Source: an uncultured Bacteroides sp.
Lineage (GTDB): Bacteria > Bacteroidota > Bacteroidia > Bacteroidales > Bacteroidaceae
Reading direction: 5' to 3'
NCBI GenBank assembly: GCA_944322345.1
Contig: CALUOO010000007.1
Location: 57,198 to 121,197, forward strand
Length of the DNA: 64,000 bases
Position 1 is the stretch's first letter. Each line of letters starts with the position of its first letter. The notes under the pieces are model-generated. The model was not told the origin of the DNA, did not search any database, and was given only the letters and a program-made list of their open reading frames with translations. Positions 21,021 through 30,349 of the stretch are shown here, piece by piece. Position numbers and translations under genes: made by a program.

Positions 21021-21661
21021 TGAGAAAACGTGTATTTCTTCTTGCTGTTAGTTGCAAAAACGGAGGGTTATGTCCGGGCGGAATAGACCTAGATAATCCT
21101 AAAGAGTGGATTCGTATAGTTCGAGACGATGGAAATTCAGGCGCTGTTCAAGGTTATGAAATAGATTTTGCCAAGCCGCTTGATATTATAGAGTTTGACG
21201 GCCGCCCAATGCCTCAAGGTAAGCAAAAAGAAAATTGGGTAATTGATAATCACTCCTGTAAAAAAATCAGTACGGAATCTATAAAAAGAGTTGTACAAGC
21301 TTTTAAAGAGTATGGCTATCATGGTTTTTGGAATAACGGCTACTCTTTTCTAAGAGAAAATGAATTAGAAAACGTGACACAACCATCAGAGTCTATTCTG
21401 CTTGTCTCCGATGTTAAGCTTTATAAAAACGACTACGGAAAGGCTAAGATTGATTTTACATGGCATAGATTACCTTATCCAATAAAAGGAATATCATTAA
21501 CTGACCAAGATTTCTACGATAAACTAGATGATAATGAGATCTGTTATAAGCACGCTATCATTGTCATATCTATACCTAAGAATGCAGATTGGACACACCC
21601 TGAAACAGGAGAAAAGAGAGCATATAAGTTTGTCAGTAAAGTATTTGGTTCTCACAATTGA
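21020..21661 (+). CDS. Dual OB-fold-like protein
   Basis: N-terminus LLAVSCKNGGLCPGGID...WIRIV resembles the LANSxKxGGxCxAG...WIRP signature of dual-OB proteins encoded beside DUF488 pairs; TAATG overlap with the upstream gene. Confidence 0.7.
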   Translation: MRKRVFLLAVSCKNGGLCPGGIDLDNPKEWIRIVRDDGNSGAVQGYEIDFAKPLDIIEFDGRPMPQGKQKENWVIDNHSCKKISTESIKRVVQAFKEYGYHGFWNNGYSFLRENELENVTQPSESILLVSDVKLYKNDYGKAKIDFTWHRLPYPIKGISLTDQDFYDKLDDNEICYKHAIIVISIPKNADWTHPETGEKRAYKFVSKVFGSHN

Positions 21662-21790
21662 TTTTTACACATCAAATTTCAAGTCATTATAGAGGAAAGA
21701 GACCTGATACAATGAAATTTATATATTCATATTTTCCATCACTTCAGGTTATTGATATATTAGGAAATGAGGTTGTGTGAATATCTCCTA

Positions 21791-21880
21791 TTGATTGAAA
21801 TAAAAATTGCCAATCATAAAGTAGAAAATATATTCAATACAGACAAGGTAACACTCTTCAAATATAATTGTGGAATATGA
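21791..21880 (+). pseudogene. C-terminal remnant paralogous to the 22782-23687 gene
   Basis: Translates LIEIKIANHKVENIFNTDKVTLFKYNCGI*, versus LVEIKIANHKVESIFNVDKVILFKYHCGIWF* in the intact gene. Confidence 0.8.
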
Positions 21881-21933
21881 TTTTAATCTTAAACGAACTT
21901 ATATCAAAACAGATTTTATTCGGGGGAAAGTAT

Positions 21934-22743
21934 ATGAAAACAATAACCTACTTACTCACCGCTTTCTTATGCCTTACCTCTTGTACAAGCAAACCAAAAG
22001 AAAGCAAAAAAGAGAATCAGTCTGTACTTCTGACAAAAGAAGAGCAGGAACAATGCATTCAGACACTATCTTTGTATTTGGAAAAGGATTCAGTCCGCAT
22101 AGCAGAGTCTGAAGAATATGCTAAATTGCTTGAAGAAGAATTGCCCGAAACGCCGGGAATGGAAAATGAATCCAACTCAATGGGAAATGATGATTTCTAC
22201 AGCAATAACATAGTACATATCGATTCCATCATGTTAAAGGGAATAGAATTGTCAAAGCAGAATAAACCCAAAGAATTACTTCTATTACTTGAAAAAGATC
22301 TGAAAAATATCCATGCACATCCCGGTAATCTACTTGAAAATGAAATACAACTGCACAGCATAATCTCTATGCTCTACTCAAAGTTCTATGCAGAGAAAGA
22401 GGCTGCCATCAAAAGTATTGCTCTTTTTGAAATAACAAGGCTTCATTCATTAACATTAATAGCCTTAAATGCAGGAGTACCCTATAGCTACCCCACAACG
22501 CTTTACGGTCTTTCTCAACTTTATAAAGAAACAGGTAATTATCCTGTTGCCATAGAAAGAGGGAGAGAGTTGTGTAATCTGATGGAACAGTTACATACAG
22601 AACAAAAAGAATCTAAAGATTACATTTACGCTCTGATGGAGCTTACCGACATTTATAAGGAAGCAAAAATGAAAGCACAACAGGACAGTTGTAACAGAAT
22701 CCTACAAGCATCACCTACTTTCAAAAGCATATACGAAGAATAA
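21934..22743 (+). CDS. Predicted lipoprotein, helical/TPR-like C-terminus
   Basis: Start MKTITYLLTAFLCLTSC (lipobox) at 21934; LYGLSQLYKETGNYPVAIE is TPR-like. Confidence 0.75.
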   Translation: MKTITYLLTAFLCLTSCTSKPKESKKENQSVLLTKEEQEQCIQTLSLYLEKDSVRIAESEEYAKLLEEELPETPGMENESNSMGNDDFYSNNIVHIDSIMLKGIELSKQNKPKELLLLLEKDLKNIHAHPGNLLENEIQLHSIISMLYSKFYAEKEAAIKSIALFEITRLHSLTLIALNAGVPYSYPTTLYGLSQLYKETGNYPVAIERGRELCNLMEQLHTEQKESKDYIYALMELTDIYKEAKMKAQQDSCNRILQASPTFKSIYEE

Positions 22744-22781
22744 TAGATAGTTACTTACTATAAATTTTAGAACAAAAAAAT

Positions 22782-23687
22782 ATGAAATTTATACTCATCA
22801 CATACGGCATTTCGTGGCTTATACTTTTAATTGCATTTGCCGTATTAAAATTAAGAAAAAGTATTTCTCGCGAAAAGAGAGAATGGTATAAAGATGCATT
22901 ACTGATACTTTTTGCACCAATTTTTGCACCAATTATAATACTAATCATCCCTATATTTTTGATAGGTGAGCTAATTGAGAATAAAAAACAAAAGAAATTA
23001 AATATGGAATGGGAGAAGGAGAAAAAGGAAGAAGAGAAAAAAAAGCTACTCGCTCAACAGAATTATCATTCCGCCATAAATCTAAACAGTACCCAATATA
23101 CACAGGATTATGCAGATATAGCATCTGCTCTTTTTAGTTTAGCAAAATCCCCCCAATATGACAAGTTATTATCTTGTCTAAACGAGCTGACACTACAATC
23201 TGGTTGGATTCTAGACGTGGATTTATGCAAAAAAAGAGGCATAGGTGATGATAGTCGTCTAATGGTAACTAAGGGTGATAACACTGATTTTAAAATATGG
23301 GATCATATAGAGGTAAATGACAGCTCAATGGCTGCATGGCAGATTTATCTTCTACACTCTCTTTGGCATGCACTTCCGCATTTTTGGCATGGAGGATATA
23401 ACAGACGTTCATATATCTTCACCAGTAAAGATATTCCTAATATAGAGTTTATAAGGTCTGAGCAGCGTAATAAGCTTATGTCAATAATCTATGATAAATT
23501 AGAGAATCTAACTCCTGAAATCATAAAGTATAATGACATGTATTATGTCACATGTTGCTACTGGTCTGATTGGGACGGACTTATTAGAGAATTGGTTGAA
23601 ATAAAAATTGCCAATCATAAAGTAGAAAGCATATTCAATGTAGACAAAGTCATACTATTCAAATATCATTGTGGAATATGGTTTTAA
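22782..23687 (+). CDS. Hypothetical membrane-anchored protein
   Basis: 301 aa; two N-terminal hydrophobic helices, a charged linker, then a Trp-rich soluble domain. Confidence 0.8.
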   Translation: MKFILITYGISWLILLIAFAVLKLRKSISREKREWYKDALLILFAPIFAPIIILIIPIFLIGELIENKKQKKLNMEWEKEKKEEEKKKLLAQQNYHSAINLNSTQYTQDYADIASALFSLAKSPQYDKLLSCLNELTLQSGWILDVDLCKKRGIGDDSRLMVTKGDNTDFKIWDHIEVNDSSMAAWQIYLLHSLWHALPHFWHGGYNRRSYIFTSKDIPNIEFIRSEQRNKLMSIIYDKLENLTPEIIKYNDMYYVTCCYWSDWDGLIRELVEIKIANHKVESIFNVDKVILFKYHCGIWF

Positions 23688-23734
23688 TCTTAAACAAACT
23701 TAAATTCAAACAGATCATATTCGGAAACAAATAT

Positions 23735-23848
23735 ATGAAAACAATAATCTACTTACTCACCACTTTCTTATGCTTTACCGCTTGTACAAGCAAACCGAAA
23801 GAAAGCAAAAAAGAAAATCTGCTTGTTCTTTTAACGAATAAAGAATGA
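23735..23848 (+). pseudogene. Truncated paralog of the 21934 lipoprotein (37 aa)
   Basis: MKTIIYLLTTFLCFTACTSKPKESKKENLLVLLTNKE*, versus MKTITYLLTAFLCLTSCTSKPKESKKENQSVLLTKEE in the intact gene. Confidence 0.8.
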
Positions 23849-24000
23849 GAATTATGTATAAAAAGGAATCAAATCCAAAAGATAAATGACTAAAATTGCA
23901 CAATGTAACAAATGTATAGGAGACGAAGTTCACTGCGAACATTATCAACCATACAATAACAACAGAATTTAATATATCAAACGCTTAAAGAATCAATAAT

Positions 24001-24807
24001 ATGCACCAATCCCAATCTCCCAAAGTTCTTATAGGAGCTATCGCAGGCGATGTAATCGGTTCTATCTACGAACGGATACGAACAAAGTCTGTAGACTTCA
24101 AACTCTTCACCCAATGGTCAACGTTCACCGACGATACGGTGATGACAGTTGCCAATGCCGAATGGCTGCTGACTGGCAACAGTTTACCTGCAATCATGCA
24201 GAAATATGGCAAACAGTATCCACGTGCCGGATATGGACGGAATTTTTGGGAATGGCTGAACACAGAATCTCCCAAACCCTACAACAGCTGGGGAAATGGT
24301 TCAGCCATGCGGGTGAGTCCTGCAGGATGGGCGTTCGACACTTTGGAAGAGACGCTTGAGACCGCTAAAAGAAGTGCAGAAATCACTCATAGCCATCCCG
24401 AAGGAATCAAAGGAGCACAGGCTACAGCCGCATGCATCTATCTGGCACGTACAGGAAATTCGAAACAGGAAATCAGAAAATACATAGAAGAAACATTTGG
24501 ATACAACCTAAACAGAAGTTGCGACGAAATAAGACCGGGCTATACATTCGACATCAGCTGTCAAGGTTCTGTGCCTGAAGCAATCATTACTTTCTTGGAA
24601 AGCAATAGCTTTGAACAAGCTATCCGGCTGGCAGTCTCCTTAGGTGGCGATGCCGATACAATGGGAGCAATCGCAGGAAGTATAGCCGAAGCATATTATA
24701 AAGAAATACCTACACATATATATGAAGAGGTTCTGAAACGATTGCCCGAAGAGTTTATCAATGTCATGTCACGTTTTTATAAAAGATTTATAGAAACGCA
24801 GAAATAA
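24001..24807 (+). CDS. ADP-ribosylglycohydrolase (ARH/DraG family)
   Basis: GAIAGDVIG, FTDDTVMT, GNGSAMRVSP, THSHPEG and GGDADTMGAIAG motifs. Confidence 0.93.
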   Translation: MHQSQSPKVLIGAIAGDVIGSIYERIRTKSVDFKLFTQWSTFTDDTVMTVANAEWLLTGNSLPAIMQKYGKQYPRAGYGRNFWEWLNTESPKPYNSWGNGSAMRVSPAGWAFDTLEETLETAKRSAEITHSHPEGIKGAQATAACIYLARTGNSKQEIRKYIEETFGYNLNRSCDEIRPGYTFDISCQGSVPEAIITFLESNSFEQAIRLAVSLGGDADTMGAIAGSIAEAYYKEIPTHIYEEVLKRLPEEFINVMSRFYKRFIETQK

Positions 24808-24855
24808 TATAAAAGAAGATCAATAGGAATCATCTAGTATTAAAGCCAATAATAT

Positions 24856-24904
24856 AAAAGAAACTCCGAAGAAAAGTGTCATTCACTATTCTCCGGAGTC
24901 TTTT
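24856..24904. terminator. Bidirectional terminator between the ARH gene and oadB
   Basis: Imperfect AAAAGAAACTCCGAAGAA / TTCTCCGGAGTCTTTT hairpin between convergent genes. Confidence 0.6.
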
Positions 24905-24925
24905 ATAATGTATCTGTTTCTTCGT

Positions 24926-26161
24926 TTATGATAAGAAAGAGATTAAAACACCTGCAGCAACAGCTGAACCAATAACACCAGAAATGTTACTTGCCATACA
25001 ATATTGCAACACATGGTTTTTAGGATCATACTTAAGAGCTATCTCGTTTGCAACACGGCTTGCCATTGGAACAGCACTCAAACCTGTCGCACCAATCAAC
25101 GGATTGATTTTCTTTTTAGAGAAAAGATTGACGAGTTTCACAAACAGAATACCTCCGGCAATAGACAAGGCGAAAGCAAGGAATCCGCCGATAACAATAC
25201 CAATAGTGGTCCAGTTTAAGAAAGCCTCTGTCGTCATGGTTGCTCCTACTGAAAGGCCAAGGAAAATAGTGGCAGCATTCATAATGCTATTCGAAGCAGC
25301 ATCGAACAGACGAGAAGTATTACTTCCAATTTCTTTTACCAGATTACCAAACATTAGCATACCGATCAGAGGAACAGCACTCGGCACAAATAAAGCAACC
25401 ACAGTAGTAACTACAATCGGGAAAATAATCTTCAACACACGCAGATTCTTAATCTCAGTTTTTGAAGGATACTTCTTTTCCTGTTCTTTCATGTTGATAC
25501 TCAGTTCCTTTTTTGTACACAGTAATTTTACTACCAGTGGAATAATTACCGGAACTAACGCCATATAGGAATAAGCAGCAATAGCGATAGGGCCTAACAA
25601 ATGTGGAGCCAGTTTAATGGTAGTAAAAATGGCTGTCGGGCCATCTGCTCCACCGATAATTCCTAAAGAAGCAGCCTCACGAGGAGTAAATCCCATCAGA
25701 ATGGCCACCAAAAGTACTGTAAAGATACCCAATTGGGCTGCTGCACCAAATATAGACAGACGAAGATTACGCAACATCGGACCAAAATCGGTCAAAGCAC
25801 CAACCCCCATAAAGATGATCGGCGGAAGAAATCCTGTCTTAATCAGCATATAATAGATGAAGTTCATCAGTCCCAGCTCGTGGGCGATTTCATGCAAAGG
25901 CATTTCCCAGATGTTCTTCATCACTCCGTTCACAGCCACCATACCATTCTCATCTGCCTGTATGACACCCATTTCCCCACCAGGGAAATTAGCAAGTAAA
26001 ACCCCAAAAGCAATAGGAATCAGCAATAGAGGCTCATACTGCTTCTTGATGCCCAAATAGAGCAGAATGAAGGCAATGGCATACATTATCAGAAACTGCG
26101 GATCAGCAATAATATTGCTGAACGCAGTCATGTCGTACAACTTTTCAAATATCTCGTTCAT
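24926..26161 (-). CDS. oadB: Oxaloacetate decarboxylase (Na+ pump) beta subunit
   Basis: YEPLLLIPIAFG, GIIGGADGPT and MASNISGVIGS motifs. Confidence 0.93.
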   Translation of the reverse strand: MNEIFEKLYDMTAFSNIIADPQFLIMYAIAFILLYLGIKKQYEPLLLIPIAFGVLLANFPGGEMGVIQADENGMVAVNGVMKNIWEMPLHEIAHELGLMNFIYYMLIKTGFLPPIIFMGVGALTDFGPMLRNLRLSIFGAAAQLGIFTVLLVAILMGFTPREAASLGIIGGADGPTAIFTTIKLAPHLLGPIAIAAYSYMALVPVIIPLVVKLLCTKKELSINMKEQEKKYPSKTEIKNLRVLKIIFPIVVTTVVALFVPSAVPLIGMLMFGNLVKEIGSNTSRLFDAASNSIMNAATIFLGLSVGATMTTEAFLNWTTIGIVIGGFLAFALSIAGGILFVKLVNLFSKKKINPLIGATGLSAVPMASRVANEIALKYDPKNHVLQYCMASNISGVIGSAVAAGVLISFLS

Positions 26162-27996
26162 TATCCAATCTTCATTAATACATCATCTTCTGATACAGAG
26201 TCTCCCGGATTTACACAGATGGCAGTCACCGTACCACTGAATTCTGCACGAATGGCATTATAAGTCTTCATTGCCTCAATATAGCAGATTACGTCACCTT
26301 CCTTCACTACATCGCCTACCTTTAAGGCGGTTTCGCTGGCATTCTTCACCAGGAAGAACTTACCTTCCAGTGGTGAAATAACGTCTTTTCCTTCTCCGGT
26401 TGGAGCTGCTGTTCCACCTGCAGGAGCAATCGGAAGCTCAGCATCACCGTATGCCACCGTCACACGATATGCTTGTCCGTCGACTTGTACCGTCAGTGTC
26501 TTAGGTTTAACATCTTCCAACGGAGACTTGTCCTTCTCGGCACGACGTTTGGCAACATCGGCAAGAAAATCTTCTTTTGCCTTACCGCTCTTGTAGGCTT
26601 CGTACTGAGCCGGATGCATAGCATATTCGAAGAGTTCTTCATCATCCTCGCCGGTCTCCCACTTCTTTTCTTTCATCATCTTGCGATATTTATCAAGAGC
26701 ATCCGGATAGTTGTCCTGAGGATTACCTTCGAAGAACTTACGTCCCTCACGTTCAGCTTTTTCAACAAGCTCAGGAGCCAGTTTTCCGGGCAAACGCCCT
26801 GCTTTGCCAAGAATCATATCCCAGATGTCGTCGGCAATCATGCCCCAACGTTCTTTTCCTTTCTCCATCGCCATCACGTTCATCAGTGCAAGGTTCTTGA
26901 CATACTGGCTAAACGGAGTTACCAATGGAGGATAGCCTACACGAGGCCATACGTATGCCACTTCGTTGAACAGTTTTATGAGCAACTGGTCTTGTGTCAT
27001 GAACGGAAGGTTGCGTTTTGCCTTATATTTATTGATGGATTCAAGATTGGATTCGAGGTCGGCCATCAGGCTGCCCATCATACCGCCGGGAAGACCGGGA
27101 CCTATCAGCAGGGAATTCATCAGACGGTTGCGCGGACTGATATAGAGACCGAGGAAGTCATCCATAAACTCCTGAATCATACCACGTACTTTCATGTATG
27201 CCTCCATGTTGATTTCCGGCACTTGGAATCCGGCATCCTTCAGCATTGCCTGCACGCTGAGCAGGTCAGCATGTCCTGTACCCCACGACAATGGTTCCAT
27301 ACCAACGTCTACATAGTCGCAACCTGCCTCACAGACTTCAAGAATGCTTGCCATATTGAATCCGGGACCGGCATGGCTGTGATACTGCACCGGTATGTCG
27401 GGATGAGCCGCCTTGATGTTGGCAACAATCTTTCCTAACGAAACAGGGCGTCCGATACCTGCCATATCTTTGATGCAAATCTCGTCCGCCCCCAGTTTAA
27501 TCAGCTCCAACGCCATGTTGGTGTAGTATTCCACCGTATGAATGGGTGAGTGAGTGATACAGAGCGAACACTGCGAAATCATTCCTGCCTCCTTGGCATA
27601 AGTGATGGAAGGAGCGATGTTGCGGATATCATTCAAGCCACAGAATGTACGAGTAATGTCCGTACCTTGGGCTTTCTTTACTTTATAAAACAATTTGCGG
27701 ACATCTGCAGGAACGGGGCTCATGCGAAGGCCATTCAGAGCACGGTCGAGCATGTGTGTCTGTATGCCGGCTTCGTGGAAAGGCTTTGTCCATTCGCGCA
27801 CGGCACGGTTCGGATTTTCTCCAAACAACAGATTTACTTGTTCAAATCCTCCTCCATTGGTTTCTACACGGGCAAAGCAACCCATTTCAATGATGGCAGG
27901 AGCCACTTTTACGAGCTGGTCTACACGGGGTACATATTTTCCGGCTGACTGCCACATATCCCGGAACACCAGACTAAACTTTACTTCTTTCTTCAT
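26161..27996 (-). CDS. oadA: Oxaloacetate decarboxylase alpha / pyruvate carboxylase subunit B
   Basis: FRDMWQS, IKDMAG, HSHAGPG, PGGM, PPLVTPFSQ and C-terminal biotinyl motif EAMKTYN. Confidence 0.9.
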   Translation of the reverse strand: MKKEVKFSLVFRDMWQSAGKYVPRVDQLVKVAPAIIEMGCFARVETNGGGFEQVNLLFGENPNRAVREWTKPFHEAGIQTHMLDRALNGLRMSPVPADVRKLFYKVKKAQGTDITRTFCGLNDIRNIAPSITYAKEAGMISQCSLCITHSPIHTVEYYTNMALELIKLGADEICIKDMAGIGRPVSLGKIVANIKAAHPDIPVQYHSHAGPGFNMASILEVCEAGCDYVDVGMEPLSWGTGHADLLSVQAMLKDAGFQVPEINMEAYMKVRGMIQEFMDDFLGLYISPRNRLMNSLLIGPGLPGGMMGSLMADLESNLESINKYKAKRNLPFMTQDQLLIKLFNEVAYVWPRVGYPPLVTPFSQYVKNLALMNVMAMEKGKERWGMIADDIWDMILGKAGRLPGKLAPELVEKAEREGRKFFEGNPQDNYPDALDKYRKMMKEKKWETGEDDEELFEYAMHPAQYEAYKSGKAKEDFLADVAKRRAEKDKSPLEDVKPKTLTVQVDGQAYRVTVAYGDAELPIAPAGGTAAPTGEGKDVISPLEGKFFLVKNASETALKVGDVVKEGDVICYIEAMKTYNAIRAEFSGTVTAICVNPGDSVSEDDVLMKIG

Positions 27997-28028
27997 GTGT
28001 TTCAGTATTATACTGTTTTTGTATTTGT

Positions 28029-28289
28029 TTATATTCTCTCTACTTTAGTAACTTTACCTTTTCCATGTGTCACCACACTGACCGCAGCTGCAATAGCTGC
28101 CATCACGTTACCCGGCACGGGTGCCACACCTCGAGGAGCATCCTTCTTGGCTGGAAGCACTTCTTCGGGAGCATACCTGTTGACAAGGGAAATCAGCAGT
28201 TTACCAAAATAAATGACGATCAGAAGGATGACAAAGACAGTAGCCATCCCCACGACCAATAGCAAAAGCGCCGTTTCAATATTTTCCAT
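28029..28289 (-). CDS. oadG: Oxaloacetate decarboxylase gamma subunit
   Basis: N-terminal TM GMATVFVILLIVI, Ala/Pro linker, and AAIAAAV. Confidence 0.88.
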   Translation of the reverse strand: MENIETALLLLVVGMATVFVILLIVIYFGKLLISLVNRYAPEEVLPAKKDAPRGVAPVPGNVMAAIAAAVSVVTHGKGKVTKVERI

Positions 28290-28489
28290 ATAATAAACTA
28301 TTAGTAATTAAGCCGCTATCATTAAAAATGCGCCCGAAATTACCTTTTTTCTCTTATAAAGAGAAGAAAGAATAAATAAAAAAGTATAAATCGGCAGGTT
28401 TTTCCTGTTATCGGACACAGAGAGAGATGAACAAGGGGAAGAAAGTAAAAAGTATGTACATCACAAAGTCACCGGAATCTGCCTTCTAA

Positions 28490-28627
28490 TGACATACGGA
28501 TGTCATGGGGCATGAGATACGTATGTCATGGGGCATGAGATACGGATGTCATGAGGCATGAGATACGGATGTCATGAGCAACGACATACGGATGTCATTG
28601 GCATCGACACACGGATGTCACTCTGAC
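28490..28627. repeat. Six 23-bp-period units, GA(C/G)AT-ACGG-ATGTC
   Basis: Cores at 28491, 28514, 28537, 28560, 28583 and 28606. Confidence 0.92.
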
Positions 28628-28771
28628 AGTCTTCAGCATACTCATTATCAACAGATTACGCAAAAACAAAAAAAGAGAAAAAGAAGCCCTGCTTCGTTCC
28701 CGCCGGGATGAGACGGCGAGAGAAGCAAGGGAACTTTGATAGGTAATATATACAGACAAAAACAAGTCTCG

Positions 28772-30346
28772 TCAGAACTCCGAGGTGAAGTGGAAGCGGA
28801 TGTGCTTAAAGTCCATCTGCGCCATCTGAAGCACATAACCCGAGTCGGCAAGGAAGACGTCGCGCCCTTCGCGATCTTTCGCCATATACTGGTACTTCCG
28901 CTTCTTGAATGCCTCCAGTTCGTCGGCATCATCGCTCTCTATCCAGCATGCCTTGTAAAGGCTGACCGGCTCCCAGCGACAGGAAGCGTTATATTCGTTG
29001 AGCAGGCGATACTGAATGACCTCAAACTGAAGCTGCCCTACAGTACCAATGATCTTACGTCCATTAAACTGATTAACGAAGAGCTGTGCCACACCTTCAT
29101 CCATCAGCTGGTCGATACCCTTTGCCAGTTGTTTCTGCTTCATGGGGTCGGCATTCTCAATATACTTGAACATCTCGGGCGAGAAGCTGGGCAGCCCGCG
29201 GAAATGGAGCTGTTCGCCCTCGGTCAGCGTATCGCCAATCTTGAACGTCCCGTTGTCAGGCAGTCCGATAATATCGCCCGCGTAAGCCTCGTCGATAGTT
29301 GTCTTACGTTGTGCCATAAACTGCGTGGGCGATGAAAAACGCATCATCTTGCCATGACGAACGTGCAGGTAGGGGGCATTGCGGACAAACTTCCCCGAAC
29401 AAACCTTACAGAATGCGACACACGAACGGTGGTTGGGATCAATATTCGCCGTAATCTTAAAGATGAATCCGGTGAACTTAGGTTCTTCGGGCTTCACTTC
29501 GCGTTCTTCTGCCTGTACAGGACGAGGACTGGGAGCTATCTGCACGAAGCAGTTCAGCAGTTCCTGTACACCGAAATTATTAAGTGCCGATCCGAAAAAC
29601 ACGGGAGCACACTCTCCTGCCAGATAGCTGTCGACATCAAACGCGGGATAAACCCCTTCTATCAGTTCCAAGTCACCACGCAACTTGTCTGCCAGCGGTT
29701 TCCCGATCTGATTGTCCAGTTCTTCAGTATGTATGTCCACCTCCATCTTTTCGGTCACCACCTGTTTGGATGGCTGATAAAGGTCAAGCTTCTGTTCATA
29801 GATATTATACACGCCTTTAAATCGAGGTCCCTGTTCGATAGGCCACGACAAGGGACGCACCTGAATCATCAGCTCCTCCTCCAATTCGTCCAACAGATCG
29901 AAGGGGTCTTTACCCTCGCGGTCCATCTTGTTGACAAAGATAATCACCGGAGTGTTACGCATGCGACACACTTCCATCAGCTTACGTGTCTGTGTTTCCA
30001 CACCTTTTGCACCATCTACTACGATGATTACACTATCCACCGCTGTCAGTGTGCGGTAGGTATCTTCAGCAAAGTCCTGGTGTCCCGGTGTATCAAGGAT
30101 ATTAATCTTGTACCCCTGATAGTCAAACTCCATAACAGAGGTGGTCACAGAGATTCCACGTTGCTTCTCAATCTCCATCCAGTCGGAGGTAGCTGTCTTC
30201 TTGATTTTATTGCTCTTCACCGCGCCTGCCACCTGAATCTGCCCTCCGAAAAGCAGCAGTTTCTCGGTGAGCGACGTCTTACCGGCATCCGGGTGTGCGA
30301 TGATGGCGAATGTCCGCCTTCTTACAATTTCTGTATTATCTGCCAT
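28772..30346 (-). CDS. prfC: Peptide chain release factor 3
   Basis: [28 protein letters not shown] and VGQLQFEV motifs. Confidence 0.98.
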   Translation of the reverse strand: MADNTEIVRRRTFAIIAHPDAGKTSLTEKLLLFGGQIQVAGAVKSNKIKKTATSDWMEIEKQRGISVTTSVMEFDYQGYKINILDTPGHQDFAEDTYRTLTAVDSVIIVVDGAKGVETQTRKLMEVCRMRNTPVIIFVNKMDREGKDPFDLLDELEEELMIQVRPLSWPIEQGPRFKGVYNIYEQKLDLYQPSKQVVTEKMEVDIHTEELDNQIGKPLADKLRGDLELIEGVYPAFDVDSYLAGECAPVFFGSALNNFGVQELLNCFVQIAPSPRPVQAEEREVKPEEPKFTGFIFKITANIDPNHRSCVAFCKVCSGKFVRNAPYLHVRHGKMMRFSSPTQFMAQRKTTIDEAYAGDIIGLPDNGTFKIGDTLTEGEQLHFRGLPSFSPEMFKYIENADPMKQKQLAKGIDQLMDEGVAQLFVNQFNGRKIIGTVGQLQFEVIQYRLLNEYNASCRWEPVSLYKACWIESDDADELEAFKKRKYQYMAKDREGRDVFLADSGYVLQMAQMDFKHIRFHFTSEF

Positions 30347-30349
30347 TGA

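Larger units (their letters stand above)
21791..23845. repeat. ~250-bp imperfect direct repeat pair (21791-~22043 and 23592-~23845)
   Basis: Both copies read TTG.TTGAAATAAAAATTGCCAATCATAAAGTAGAAA...TGTGGAATATG.TTTTAATCTTAAAC...ATATGAAAACAATAA.CTACTTACTCACC...GAAAGCAAAAAAGA; offset 1801 bp at their starts. Confidence 0.9.

Noticed and set aside
24926-26161. Recent duplication of the decarboxylase beta subunit (versus 14467-15627)
   Set aside because: The two proteins share only the family motifs and belong to different operons (mmd and oad), so they are old paralogs.
28490-28627. CRISPR or mini-CRISPR array
   Set aside because: The variable parts are only 9 bp and are mutually similar; the 23-bp period is too short for repeat plus spacer.
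26473-30349. Long + strand ORFs 26473-27438, 28736-29335 and 29354-30349
   Set aside because: They are antisense shadows of the GC-richer oadA and prfC genes, with no recognisable motifs.
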